Shown here: piece after piece, positions 19,081 to 28,395 of the stretch | Layout: every line of letters starts with the position of its first letter | Numbering within the stretch: position 1 is the first letter of the stretch | IMG/VR virus record: IMGVR_UViG_3300030103_004816 | Strand: one strand, 5' to 3' | From: a virus | Length of the DNA: 64,000 nt | Program-made: the position numbers and the translations under genes | Notes under the pieces: model-generated | Database searches by the model: none | Told to the model about the DNA's origin: nothing | The model's input: the letters and a program-made list of their open reading frames with translations, nothing else

Positions 19081-19609
19081 TTTCGTCCTCTCTTACTTTT
19101 TCAAGCATAATTTGTCTACCATATTTATACCATTGAGGTGTCTCTAATTTCCATTTAGCAAAGTTACCTTTGTCCATTAAGTAATAAGTCCTATAAGCTT
19201 GAACTGGATCATCTGACTTATATTCGTCAGGCATAGCTTGAGCAAAAGGAGTTAATCCATCTTCTTCAAACTTACATTGATCTAATAACCCTCTATAAAT
19301 CTGATAATGCTCTCCTAGTTTATGATGCTTTTTATATCGTTTAGTATACTCTTTACTAAGAGCTTCTAAATGATCAATAACCCATTCAGCATTTTTACGG
19401 GTAGTCATAGACCATATAGTACAGGGATGCTTTACATGAGCTTTAGGATACTTAGGTAAGTCATACTCTTCTGATAGAAAGCTACCAGACTTAACATCTA
19501 CAACAGCAGACAATATCTGAGCTGACTCTATTATCATTTTAACTACATGCTTATCACACATATTTTCTGCAGCTACAAATGGGTCTCTATCTAATACAAA
19601 TATATTCAT
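19052..19609 (-). CDS. Pyrimidine-dimer DNA glycosylase/endonuclease V-like family protein
   Basis: MNIFVLD...DKHVVKMIIESAQ, HVKHPCTIW, EYTKRY, FAQAMPD...AYRTYY. Confidence 0.75.
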   Translation of the reverse strand: MNIFVLDRDPFVAAENMCDKHVVKMIIESAQILSAVVDVKSGSFLSEEYDLPKYPKAHVKHPCTIWSMTTRKNAEWVIDHLEALSKEYTKRYKKHHKLGEHYQIYRGLLDQCKFEEDGLTPFAQAMPDEYKSDDPVQAYRTYYLMDKGNFAKWKLETPQWYKYGRQIMLEKVREDENVTINSCAV

Positions 19610-19818
19610 TTAAACACCTCAAAATTATTTACTCTAGCTAACGTTGATAAGGAACCAGCTATTAACTCAGCTGAATAACCCATCCTCGTAGTACAATGAT
19701 TATAATGTCTTAATTCACCTAATGCAAGCTCAGTAAATTTTTCACCTTTATGCCATCTTTGAGCTGCTTTAGCTATTTGTTCGAGAGTTATATCACCCTT
19801 CATCTTCCACGTCGCCAT
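19606..19818 (-). CDS. Hypothetical protein
   Basis: GGAGG SD before MATWKMKG. Confidence 0.55.
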   Translation of the reverse strand: MATWKMKGDITLEQIAKAAQRWHKGEKFTELALGELRHYNHCTTRMGYSAELIAGSLSTLARVNNFEVFK

Positions 19819-19984
19819 ACTTTTTCCTCCTAGGAATAACTTTAGTTTTATCTTTATGAACCTGAGTAGCACCATGCTTAGGAGTTTTTTTACGACCAAA
19901 TATCTTATCCCAGTTTTCTTCAAACTCTTTTTGATTAGTTATAGGTCTTGGTTTACTACCTTTGCCTCCGTGCCATTTACTCAT
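19793..19984 (-). CDS. Small basic conserved phage protein
   Basis: MSKWHGGKGSKPRP...FEENWDKIF motif. Confidence 0.65.
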   Translation of the reverse strand: MSKWHGGKGSKPRPITNQKEFEENWDKIFGRKKTPKHGATQVHKDKTKVIPRRKKYGDVEDEG

Positions 19985-19989
19985 ACTTT

Positions 19990-20018
19990 ATTATAAGAAT
20001 TTATTTTATATAATGCAA
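19990..20018 (-). promoter_or_regulatory. Sigma70-type promoter
   Basis: TTGCAT-17-TATAAT, 5 nt before ATG. Confidence 0.65.
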
Positions 20019-20657
20019 CTCTTCGTTAGGTACAGCTTTCATAAGCTCGTGACATTTATGACAATCATAGCTCTTACAATTAATTCTTCTTACATTTGAA
20101 TCGAAGTCAGGACAAGTATATATTTCTCGTTTTAATTCTTCAGGTAAAGTTAGCCATTGTTCTCTTTTAGTTAGATGATCTAAAGGAGCTATAAATTTAC
20201 TTTCTACATGATATATTTTTAGATACTCTTCAAAATTTCTAAAAAGAGATACAGCTCCATCATGCATTCGATCACCTTGACCATCTCCTGTGACTGTAGA
20301 GCCAGCTCCACAATGTCCGTAATAAATTTTTGTTATAGTTGGATTAGTTAAATTAGTAATAAGACACCAATAAACCCATCTATGAATAACTGGTGACCAT
20401 TTACCTTTAAAATTTAATTTATTAGAATAGTAATACCTTGAATCAGGATCTAAAGGTAGTTGACTAGTATCTTCTTCATACTTAAAAACTTCTACATCTA
20501 ATATCTTAGACATATTTTGAACGCTTTCCCATTCACCTGGAGACATCCTATTATGAATGCAAAGAGGATTAAGTTTTTTATTTATAGCCCAGTTTACAAC
20601 AGCAGTAGATTCTACTCCTCCTGACCATGGTATAATACAATCATACTTAGTCATCAA
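20001..20657 (-). CDS. Divergent QueC-like PP-loop ATPase
   Basis: WSGGVEST PP-loop, APLDHLTK, C-terminal C-x9-C-x4-C-x2-C. Confidence 0.75.
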   Translation of the reverse strand: MMTKYDCIIPWSGGVESTAVVNWAINKKLNPLCIHNRMSPGEWESVQNMSKILDVEVFKYEEDTSQLPLDPDSRYYYSNKLNFKGKWSPVIHRWVYWCLITNLTNPTITKIYYGHCGAGSTVTGDGQGDRMHDGAVSLFRNFEEYLKIYHVESKFIAPLDHLTKREQWLTLPEELKREIYTCPDFDSNVRRINCKSYDCHKCHELMKAVPNEELHYIK

Positions 20658-20814
20658 AACTTGTATCAGGCATACTTGTTTGCATCTCTAAATAAGTTTT
20701 CATAAACTTTCTAATTTCTCTAGATACAGAAGTATCATTTTCTCTACAAGCTTCTTTAAAGCTGTCTTTTAATTCACCTGGAACTTTTATAAGTAATTGA
20801 ACTTTCTCATCCAT
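20647..20814 (-). CDS. Ribbon-helix-helix DNA-binding protein, 55 aa (not in ORF track)
   Basis: MDEKVQLLIKVPGELKDSFKEACRENDTSVSREIRKFMKTYLE; GAGGA SD. Confidence 0.75.
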   Translation of the reverse strand: MDEKVQLLIKVPGELKDSFKEACRENDTSVSREIRKFMKTYLEMQTSMPDTSFDD

Positions 20815-20849
20815 CTCAAAATCCTCGTTATTATATATAAGATATATAT

Positions 20850-20857
20850 TATTTATA
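20850..20857 (-). promoter_or_regulatory. gp55 late promoter TATAAATA inside ATATAT-repeat spacer
   Basis: Exact consensus upstream of RHH gene. Confidence 0.6.
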
Positions 20858-20872
20858 TATCCAAGGAGCGTT

Positions 20873-20947
20873 ATGTTTTATAAATTTCATAAATTCATGA
20901 AAACAGGACGAATCTATAAAGTTTGGAACCTGCTTTCAATTAAATAA
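20873..20947 (+). CDS. Candidate 24-aa basic peptide, divergently oriented
   Basis: AAGGAG SD then ATG; MFYKFHKFMKTGRIYKVWNLLSIK; fills intergenic gap. Confidence 0.45.
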   Translation: MFYKFHKFMKTGRIYKVWNLLSIK

Positions 20948-22304
20948 ATTCGTTAAATTTACTAGTTAAACTTTCGCCTGTCTTTGTATTATCGAAGACA
21001 GGTGTATCTTCAACTATGTCTTCTTGAGCTTGCTGCTCAACATCATATAGTTTCATCTTAGATCTATCTACTCCTACTACAAATCTTCTATTATAATTAG
21101 GATCACTATATCTATTTTTTAACTGCTTAATTAATATCTGAGCTAAGTCTTCTAATTCTTCAGAAGATATAAGAGCAAACATAAAGTCAGCAGTAGCAGG
21201 TAAACCAAACGATTCAGAAGTATCAGTAAGATCTATATCTGTATTACTATAACCTGATCTAGTAGTCTGAGTAGCACTAATAATAGGCACATTATATTCA
21301 ACAGCTAGCCCTCTTAGCTCTTCAGCAATAGATTTAACTATAGTATATGAATTAGCAGATGCACCTTTTACTCTATGGCTAGAACATATATTTAAATAGT
21401 CAACATAAACTATATCAGGCATAAATTGTTTCTTTATCTTTAGTTCGTTAAGAAGATGTCTAAAATGACCAGTATGAGCTGATGCAGTAGGGTATTCTTT
21501 TATAATTAACTTTCCATCAGTCTTCTTAGTTACTCTATCTAATTTTTTATCATAAGCATCTTTAGGAAGCATTTTAAGTTCATCAAGAGAAGTATTTAAA
21601 AGGTTAGCGTCTATCCTCTCAGCTATCTTCTCTTCAGCCATTTCAAGAGTTATATACAATACGTTATAGCCTTCTAAAAGATTAGCAGCAGCACAGTGAC
21701 ACATAAAGAGAGACTTACCAACTCCGGTACCAGCTAAAGCTATATTAAGAGTCTTTCTAGAAAGACCACCTTTAGTGACTCTATTTAAATAATCAATATC
21801 AAAAGGAATCTTCTCTTCTTTCATCTTATAGAATTCAAACCTGCTATCAGCATCATCTATAAAGTCATGACCTATATGATTATCAAATGTAACAGATAAC
21901 GCATCAGATAATAGCTGAGGTATTGCGCCTTTATCACTAGTAGTCTTGCCATCCATTATTTGAATACTATCCATGATAGCATTATATACAGCTTTCTCCT
22001 GACAGAACTTTTCAGTCTTATCTAGCACCCACTCTTTTATTTCTTCTGTAGGTTCTTCAAAATCGTTTATTATTTGTTTAGCTGAATCTACTTGATCATC
22101 AGACAGACCGCTTGAGTCATCTAGTTCAACAAGTAATGCTTCTTTAGTAGGGCATTGATTATATTTAAGATGAAAGTCATTTATTAAGTTATAGATCTTT
22201 CTTACTACTATATCAGTAAAGTATTCTTGCTCTAAGAAAGGCAAAGCCTTTCTAGTAAAGTCATCATTATAAATTAAGTTACTTAATATAGTTTTTTCAA
22301 TCAT
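20940..22304 (-). CDS. 41: Replicative helicase gp41
   Basis: AGTGVGKS, ITLEMAE, VDYLN, SATQTTR, SESFGLPATAD. Confidence 0.97.
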   Translation of the reverse strand: MIEKTILSNLIYNDDFTRKALPFLEQEYFTDIVVRKIYNLINDFHLKYNQCPTKEALLVELDDSSGLSDDQVDSAKQIINDFEEPTEEIKEWVLDKTEKFCQEKAVYNAIMDSIQIMDGKTTSDKGAIPQLLSDALSVTFDNHIGHDFIDDADSRFEFYKMKEEKIPFDIDYLNRVTKGGLSRKTLNIALAGTGVGKSLFMCHCAAANLLEGYNVLYITLEMAEEKIAERIDANLLNTSLDELKMLPKDAYDKKLDRVTKKTDGKLIIKEYPTASAHTGHFRHLLNELKIKKQFMPDIVYVDYLNICSSHRVKGASANSYTIVKSIAEELRGLAVEYNVPIISATQTTRSGYSNTDIDLTDTSESFGLPATADFMFALISSEELEDLAQILIKQLKNRYSDPNYNRRFVVGVDRSKMKLYDVEQQAQEDIVEDTPVFDNTKTGESLTSKFNEFI

Positions 22305-22876
22305 CTTTTTATATCAACGTTAAATGAAATAGATATTCTAGGTTCATTAGTTTCTTTTTGCTCGGGTACAGTATGCTCTACCCAACCAGGCCACATTATT
22401 ATTGTACCTACTTCGGGTCTAAATGTCAACTCTTGTTTGAACCTTCCTTGTAGTTCAACATTATTTCCTGCCCAAGACTTTATTAATGCATGCATAGGTG
22501 ATTTAATTTTAAACGGAGCACTTGATTCATTCATTTCAATATATATAGTTCCAGACATAAATGCTCTACCATGATCATGCCAATTATGCTGAACACCTTC
22601 TTGATATACATTATACCAAATATTAAGATGCTCACTATCAACTTTGTACTTACCTTCTTTAAAGATAGAATCAAGATAGCTATTGCTATATTCTATTATA
22701 CAATCAGAGACAGCACTGTTACAATCTAAAGGCATAACAGTGCCATCATAATAAGAAGTATAATTTTTTTTATCTGATGGTTTAGATGATCTATGTTCTA
22801 GTATTTCTTTTTTTATAAGAGGTATATCTAAACTAGTCTTCTCCCACAACATCGGAATCGGAAACAGGTTCTTCAT
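22301..22876 (-). CDS. 2OG-Fe(II) oxygenase (TIGR02466-like)
   Basis: WHDH, SGTIY, WPGWVEHTV, RISISFN. Confidence 0.88.
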   Translation of the reverse strand: MKNLFPIPMLWEKTSLDIPLIKKEILEHRSSKPSDKKNYTSYYDGTVMPLDCNSAVSDCIIEYSNSYLDSIFKEGKYKVDSEHLNIWYNVYQEGVQHNWHDHGRAFMSGTIYIEMNESSAPFKIKSPMHALIKSWAGNNVELQGRFKQELTFRPEVGTIIMWPGWVEHTVPEQKETNEPRISISFNVDIKR

Positions 22877-23894
22877 CTATAGCTCCATACATATACTCTT
22901 TCTTAGCTGCCACTTCTAATTGATCCATAATATCAGATGTAAAGTATTTTTCTGGGTCGTTATAGATAGTCTTAGCATATTGCTTAGTACCATCTGGTAA
23001 TTCTATCCTAGTAGATACTTGCTTAAATACACCATGCTTAATACCTAAATCTAAAAGTCCGTAGTACCTATTTAAACCAGTCTCAAAAGATAGTTTAACT
23101 TCTACTTTCTTACCTTCTTTAGATAATCTAGACTTGAACATAGTAGCTTTAATAATATTTCCTACTAAGTCAGTTCCTTCTTTATCTTTCTTTTTACCTA
23201 ACATTACAATAGTAGACGCAGCATACTTAAGGCCTGAACCTCCACCTATCTCTTTCATAGGTACATATGATCCTACTACATCGTAAACATGGTTAGTAAC
23301 TAGCATAGGTATTTTTACTTTAGCTAGCTTAAGAGTCAATACTCTAAAAGTAGCTTTTATAACCTGAGCCTTAGTCATATCCCTTGTCTCTTTACCGTCA
23401 GCGGTATCTTCCATCTCTTTAGTAGTAGACAATAGTCCGAGAGAGTCAAGTACGAACATCATAGGAGGTCTTCTATCTATAGGTTGCTTGCTATAGTTAT
23501 CTATAACATTAAGAGCATGAGTTCTAAAGTTTTGAATAGTATCAGGTTCAGCTAAGATAACTCTCTTAGTATCAATACCTCTTGATTCCATCATCTCTTT
23601 AGTTACAGCTGCTTCAGTATCATAATATACAACACCTGCATCAGGATTATTCTTCAAGAAGTTCTGTATAACTCCTAATACGAAGAAGGTCTTACCAGTA
23701 GCAGATTCACCTGCAAATGCAGTTACTTTATTATTAGGAACACCTCCATTAAGAGACCCTGATAATGCTGCATTTAATATATAACTACCTGTATCGATAG
23801 AGCCAGTATATTCAGCACTACCCGTACCATCAGCTGCAATTACAGTATCTTCATCTTTAAGATCTTCAACTAAGTTTCTAAAAAAATCACTCAT
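22833..23894 (-). CDS. uvsX: RecA-like recombinase UvsX
   Basis: DTGSYILN, AGESATGKT, DSLG, GGGSGLKYAAS. Confidence 0.96.
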   Translation of the reverse strand: MSDFFRNLVEDLKDEDTVIAADGTGSAEYTGSIDTGSYILNAALSGSLNGGVPNNKVTAFAGESATGKTFFVLGVIQNFLKNNPDAGVVYYDTEAAVTKEMMESRGIDTKRVILAEPDTIQNFRTHALNVIDNYSKQPIDRRPPMMFVLDSLGLLSTTKEMEDTADGKETRDMTKAQVIKATFRVLTLKLAKVKIPMLVTNHVYDVVGSYVPMKEIGGGSGLKYAASTIVMLGKKKDKEGTDLVGNIIKATMFKSRLSKEGKKVEVKLSFETGLNRYYGLLDLGIKHGVFKQVSTRIELPDGTKQYAKTIYNDPEKYFTSDIMDQLEVAAKKEYMYGAIDEEPVSDSDVVGED

Positions 23895-23913
23895 AATTTC
23901 TCCAAATATCTTT

Positions 23914-23942
23914 ATTATATGATACTTCTAGTCTAAAGTCAA
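23914..23942 (-). promoter_or_regulatory. Sigma70-type promoter for uvsX
   Basis: TTGACT-17-TATAAT. Confidence 0.8.
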
Positions 23943-24211
23943 CTTCCTTTATAAACTTTATCAAGAGCATCGTTAAATTGTTCTATTTTATCTAACCTTT
24001 TAGGCCAGTAGATATAATCTTTTTCAGGATTCTGTTTAAGATTATTTAAGAGAGGAATTACCATATTATATAATTTGTTGAATCTATCCTCTAGATCGGA
24101 AGCTGTAGCACTGGCTGTCTGAGCCTCTGCTTTTACTTCTTGTACTGCTTCTAGCTCATCAGCATCCATAGCTGAAAAACCAAAGTCAAATGAAAAGTCG
24201 TTATTTGCCAT
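23939..24211 (-). CDS. Conserved hypothetical protein
   Basis: FDFGFSA...PLLNNLKQNPEKDYIYWP; AAGGAG SD. Confidence 0.7.
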   Translation of the reverse strand: MANNDFSFDFGFSAMDADELEAVQEVKAEAQTASATASDLEDRFNKLYNMVIPLLNNLKQNPEKDYIYWPKRLDKIEQFNDALDKVYKGS

Positions 24212-24220
24212 ATGTTCTCC

Positions 24221-26719
24221 TTATTGAAAAAATAAATCTAAGTTCTGTTGTTTTTCAACTACCCAGCCTATCTTTTCAATTATAGTCTTCATCGGTTCAA
24301 GAAATGATTTATCGAATTGCATATCATAATCTATATAACTATCTAAACCTAACGGCTTAGGAAGCGTATTAGGTACAGCTATCACATTCTCTCTACTAGG
24401 ATTAGGTAGTTTTAAATAACAGAATTTCACCTTATCACCTTCTTGAACGGGTTGAAAACGATCTATCTTTTTCTCGTTAAGTAGATGATTATACATTAGA
24501 GCGCCTCTGACATGAATAGGAGTTCCTTTCCTATAAATCATTGCGGCGTCAGAATATTTAGCAAGCCCTTTACATCCTCTCGGAAAAGCAACCTCTTCGA
24601 AAGGTAACTTTCTAAACTCTTCTCTCTTTTGTTCTATAAATTTTATTATAGCATCTTGATCTTTTTCCATTATTACATCAAGAGCTTCTTTAATATATTT
24701 TCTTACCATTGACGGAGTAGAAGATCTAACAGCTTCTATACCCATCATCTTTAATTTAGGAGTTGCGTATCTTACTCCTTCTGAATCAAAGACGTTCATG
24801 ATATATCTTTTCTTAGCAGTCCATATAGCTTTATTACCTATATTTTCTCGCTTCATAAACATCTTATTTTCCATAGCGTTTACGTAGGTCGCAAGTTTTC
24901 CATAACCCTTTTCAATTTCTGGTTCAAGTATCTCAGCAGAGGACTTATCAAGAAAATCGATGATTCGCTTAGTCTCTGCGCCATCTGGAAAGACTTTATG
25001 TACAAGCGGTGCCATATTAATGTATAGTGAGTCCGTATCAATCGCAATAACGTAGTCTTCATTTTCAGTTCCTAAAGTTTTATTAAGTAAATTATTAATT
25101 ATATTTTCAGCCCAGCGTATAGATAGCTGACCACCTTTAGTAATAGATTCAGTATTATTCATATCGAACCATCTAAAGTATTCATTACCTAAAGCGCCAT
25201 AAGCTGAGTTAAGTTGAATCTTTTTAGCCATCTGCATATTATGACATTGAGCGATTTCGTTCTCTAAAGCTTTAGTAGGAGTCTTTTCATACTTCTTCTG
25301 AGCTTCAATCATTCTATTCTTCCATATTACTCTATCATCATACATCTTACGCATGAGTTTAGGTAAGAAGCCTTCGAAGTCTCTAGTATAATAATCTCCA
25401 TTAGCAGATATAGAACAATTTTCTTCTATAGCGTTATTAAGAGTATTATTATTCCAAGCACCTTCAAGTATCTCTTCTATAGAAGGAGCCCTTCCAGACT
25501 TACCAACGTAAGTCTCAGGTGAGATATTATATTGCATAATTAAATGCGGGTACAATGAGTTGAGATCGAATGATACAACCCAATTATGCATTCCCACCTG
25601 AGGATCTTTAACATAAGCACCTTCAGCAGCTCTTTCTTTATCTACTTTCTTAAACTGAGGTACTACAATATTTTTATCTAGTAAATGATTATGGATAATA
25701 AGATCCCACATCCTAACAGATGTAAAGGTATCTTGATAGTTAACTTTAGCATCGTAAGCAATAGCAAATACTTGCTCTATAAGTTTAAGTTTATCATCTA
25801 ATCGTTTAACTAATTCAGTATCTAAAATATTATAATCAATAAACTTTTCCCAATCATGCTTATAAAGATCAAATAAACTATCATGCTCAGAGTAATCAAG
25901 CTTACGTTCTCCTAACTCTACATGAGCAATATGATCAAGTCGATAAGACTCTTGCATTACAAAAGTAAACTTTCTATATAATTGCATATAGTCTAATATA
26001 GATATACCTAAAGGATCATATACTTGATTAGGTCTTCCTGCTATAAAAACTTCTCTTTCTCTTAGCTGACCAAAAGGTGAAAGCTTCTTAGCCATATCAT
26101 CACCTAATATATTAGATATGCGGTTAATAATATAAGGTATATCAAAGAACTCTACGTTCCATCCTGAAACTATATCTGGGTCTATTGCTTGCCAACAATC
26201 TAAGAAACGAACTAATAAATTAGCTTCATCAGTAGCTTGAATATACTTAACGGTTTCTTGTTTAGGAGTATAAGGTTGCCCTCCTATAGCAATAATTTGA
26301 TCGTTAAACTGCAAAGTTATAGCAGTTATTTCTTTATCTGCTTTTTGTATATCAGGGAATCCTTCATCAGCAGCGACCTCAATATCTATATAAACTGTTC
26401 TAATAGTATCTGCATCATACTTTATTTCACCTTTATAGTTATCATTAATATAAGTATATGCAAACATAGGTAAGCCATAAGTATTCTTACCTTTTATATC
26501 TTTATTTTCTTGTATATATTTTTGAGCGTGATGAGGGTTATCAAAGTCCCTTTTCATTACGTACTGACCTTTTAAAGTAGTATAACCAGTATCGTAATTA
26601 ACGGGACCTGTAAATAGATAAGGTCTACAAGGCTCAGCATAACTAAAACGTTTGCCGTCCTCGTAGCCTCTATGAAGGATTCTTGATCCTCGAATTTGAA
26701 CGTTAGTATAGAATTTCAA
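24221..26719 (-). CDS. 43: Family B DNA polymerase gp43
   Basis: Exo DIE, FDLNSLYP, KIQLNSAYG, DTDS, C-terminal LDLFF clamp motif; TTG start. Confidence 0.98.
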   Translation of the reverse strand: MKFYTNVQIRGSRILHRGYEDGKRFSYAEPCRPYLFTGPVNYDTGYTTLKGQYVMKRDFDNPHHAQKYIQENKDIKGKNTYGLPMFAYTYINDNYKGEIKYDADTIRTVYIDIEVAADEGFPDIQKADKEITAITLQFNDQIIAIGGQPYTPKQETVKYIQATDEANLLVRFLDCWQAIDPDIVSGWNVEFFDIPYIINRISNILGDDMAKKLSPFGQLREREVFIAGRPNQVYDPLGISILDYMQLYRKFTFVMQESYRLDHIAHVELGERKLDYSEHDSLFDLYKHDWEKFIDYNILDTELVKRLDDKLKLIEQVFAIAYDAKVNYQDTFTSVRMWDLIIHNHLLDKNIVVPQFKKVDKERAAEGAYVKDPQVGMHNWVVSFDLNSLYPHLIMQYNISPETYVGKSGRAPSIEEILEGAWNNNTLNNAIEENCSISANGDYYTRDFEGFLPKLMRKMYDDRVIWKNRMIEAQKKYEKTPTKALENEIAQCHNMQMAKKIQLNSAYGALGNEYFRWFDMNNTESITKGGQLSIRWAENIINNLLNKTLGTENEDYVIAIDTDSLYINMAPLVHKVFPDGAETKRIIDFLDKSSAEILEPEIEKGYGKLATYVNAMENKMFMKRENIGNKAIWTAKKRYIMNVFDSEGVRYATPKLKMMGIEAVRSSTPSMVRKYIKEALDVIMEKDQDAIIKFIEQKREEFRKLPFEEVAFPRGCKGLAKYSDAAMIYRKGTPIHVRGALMYNHLLNEKKIDRFQPVQEGDKVKFCYLKLPNPSRENVIAVPNTLPKPLGLDSYIDYDMQFDKSFLEPMKTIIEKIGWVVEKQQNLDLFFQ

Positions 26720-26747
26720 TAGTAGTTACCCGCATCATAATATATTT

Positions 26748-26776
26748 ATTATATACTCTTATGAGTATAGATTCAA
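26748..26776 (-). promoter_or_regulatory. Sigma70-type promoter for gp43
   Basis: TTGAAT-17-TATAAT. Confidence 0.75.
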
Positions 26777-27118
26777 CTAGTTATGCTCTACTATTGTGCC
26801 TTCTTCTAGATTGTCTGATATAAGTCCAACACGTTGTTTAAGGTAAGCAATAAAGCCAGCATCCATAGATGTTCTAGCATCTAATTCTGTCTTTAAAGTT
26901 TCCCAATCAGCAGAATCTACAGCAGCTATTTCAGGAGCTGTAAGATTGTCTTTACCTTCTAATATGATAAGAGCGTGTTGAATTACTGATGGAACTGAAG
27001 CCCAATCAGCTATTTGGTCACTAACAGCTTTTTCAGCTGCAGCAGCCAGTTCGTCAGTAGCAGATCCGCCTATATGTTCGTCCATTTCTAACTTTAATAC
27101 TTCTAATTGTATAGCCAT
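26777..27118 (-). CDS. Acidic hypothetical protein (late)
   Basis: AGGAG SD, TATAAATA at 27140-27147. Confidence 0.65.
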   Translation of the reverse strand: MAIQLEVLKLEMDEHIGGSATDELAAAAEKAVSDQIADWASVPSVIQHALIILEGKDNLTAPEIAAVDSADWETLKTELDARTSMDAGFIAYLKQRVGLISDNLEEGTIVEHN

Positions 27119-27142
27119 GGTTTCTCCTGTTTAAATATTTAT

Positions 27143-27313
27143 TTATACGAACAGGCCTATAGTCCAAAATGCTAAAAGCATGAAGCCAAATACGGTTATT
27201 TGAATAATAGATGCCCAGAATACTTGCTTCATAGGATGTACTTCAACGAGTTTCTCCACCCAGCTTTCACTGGGTGAGAGATTTGCTATTTGCAAAAGTT
27301 TTTCTTCTTTCAT
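27143..27313 (-). CDS. 56-aa membrane protein (not in ORF track)
   Basis: ATGA overlap with upstream gene; C-terminal VFWASIIQITVFGFMLLAFWTIGLFV. Confidence 0.65.
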   Translation of the reverse strand: MKEEKLLQIANLSPSESWVEKLVEVHPMKQVFWASIIQITVFGFMLLAFWTIGLFV

Positions 27314-27600
27314 CCTCTTATTGAAACTGGTTTAGGATGCTTAGGGCAATTTGATCTAAAGATATAATCAGAAGCACTTCTTGCTTCTTTTTTATCTAGT
27401 AAACCATCATCATTTTTATCAGCATAGTTAAATAAGCCTTTTTCTAGTTTAACTACTTTATAGTTACAACCGACAGCCATTAACTCTGACCTTTTTATGA
27501 ATCCATCTTGATCTAAGTCAAACTTTCTCATTCTCCAATCATCAGCAAAAGCATTAGAAATAAATCCAAATAGCACTAATATGCTAAAATACTTTTTCAT
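27310..27600 (-). CDS. Secreted EF-hand protein
   Basis: Signal peptide ending AFA; loops DLDQDGFIKRSE and DKNDDGLLDKKE; two Cys. Confidence 0.8.
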   Translation of the reverse strand: MKKYFSILVLFGFISNAFADDWRMRKFDLDQDGFIKRSELMAVGCNYKVVKLEKGLFNYADKNDDGLLDKKEARSASDYIFRSNCPKHPKPVSIRG

Positions 27601-27609
27601 TTTAAATCC

Positions 27610-27747
27610 TTAATTAAACATAGGTGAAACAGCATAGATACAAAATATAAAAGTCAAAATAAGAATAGTAAGTTCGCCCATAGATGTTAAGTCATGGTTA
27701 CTAACTTTTCTAGTTTTTTTGAATATCTTTCCGACCAATTCAGTCAT
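27610..27747 (-). CDS. 45-aa membrane protein (not in ORF track)
   Basis: MTELVGKIFKK...LTILILTFIFCIYAVSPMFN. Confidence 0.5.
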   Translation of the reverse strand: MTELVGKIFKKTRKVSNHDLTSMGELTILILTFIFCIYAVSPMFN

Positions 27748-27810
27748 TTAATTATAAACCTCATTAATATTTTATTATAAATATGCGTTATACGCAGATA
27801 TTTAGCTCAT

Positions 27811-27836
27811 AAAAAAGGGAAGCCTGACACTTCCCT
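27811..27836 (-). terminator. Intrinsic terminator after hsp20
   Basis: AGGGAAG-tgtcagg-CTTCCCT followed by a T run. Confidence 0.8.
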
Positions 27837-27855
27837 CAAAATAACTTTAGTTATT

Positions 27856-28302
27856 TTATTCAGCTAAAAATGTCTTGATTGAAACATCTTTTCCTATCTC
27901 AATAGTGCGAGGTTTCTTCTCCTCTGGAATAAACTTCTCGAGTTTTATAGTAAGGATTCCGTCTTCGACATCAGCTCTTTTCACTATTACATCAGATGCT
28001 AAAACAAAGTTTTTATGAAAGCCTCTTGATGATATTCCATTCCAAACTGTATTGGCTTTTTCTTTATCTTTCATCTCTCCTACGACAGAGAGATTATTTT
28101 CTCTTAGAGAAATGTCTATATCTTTTTTACCAAATCCAGCAATAGCCATCTTTATAAGATAATTTTCATCATCTTCTTTTATGATGTCATAGGGTGGATA
28201 ATTAGTATTATTAGTTAAACGTGTGGAGGTTAGTTCTTCTATTAGTCGGTCTAACCCAATTGAGTGTTGATAGAAACTATCAAACGGATTGATCTTATTC
28301 AT
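27856..28302 (-). CDS. Small heat shock protein (Hsp20/IbpA-like)
   Basis: NYPPYDI, AIAGF, GISSRGF, DGILTIKL, IPEEKKPRTIEI. Confidence 0.95.
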   Translation of the reverse strand: MNKINPFDSFYQHSIGLDRLIEELTSTRLTNNTNYPPYDIIKEDDENYLIKMAIAGFGKKDIDISLRENNLSVVGEMKDKEKANTVWNGISSRGFHKNFVLASDVIVKRADVEDGILTIKLEKFIPEEKKPRTIEIGKDVSIKTFLAE

Positions 28303-28354
28303 TTTATCTCCTTAAATAAGCAAGTTAAATTGAAGACCCGTTATCGGCGCCTTC
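28303..28354 (-). promoter_or_regulatory. ROSE-like RNA thermometer in hsp20 5' UTR
   Basis: Hairpin GAAGGC-G-CCG-ATAA-CGG-GTCTTC, then CTTGCTT pairing with AAGGAG SD with a bulged G. Confidence 0.75.
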
Positions 28355-28395
28355 TATATATATTTAGGCTTTAATTAAGGAATGTCAAGCAAAAA

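Noticed and set aside
24880-25062. Alternative-frame minus ORFs at 24880-25062, 30268-30471 and 55988-56203
   Set aside because: Nested in or overlapping gp43, gp44/peroxiredoxin and gp20 with no SD or motif support
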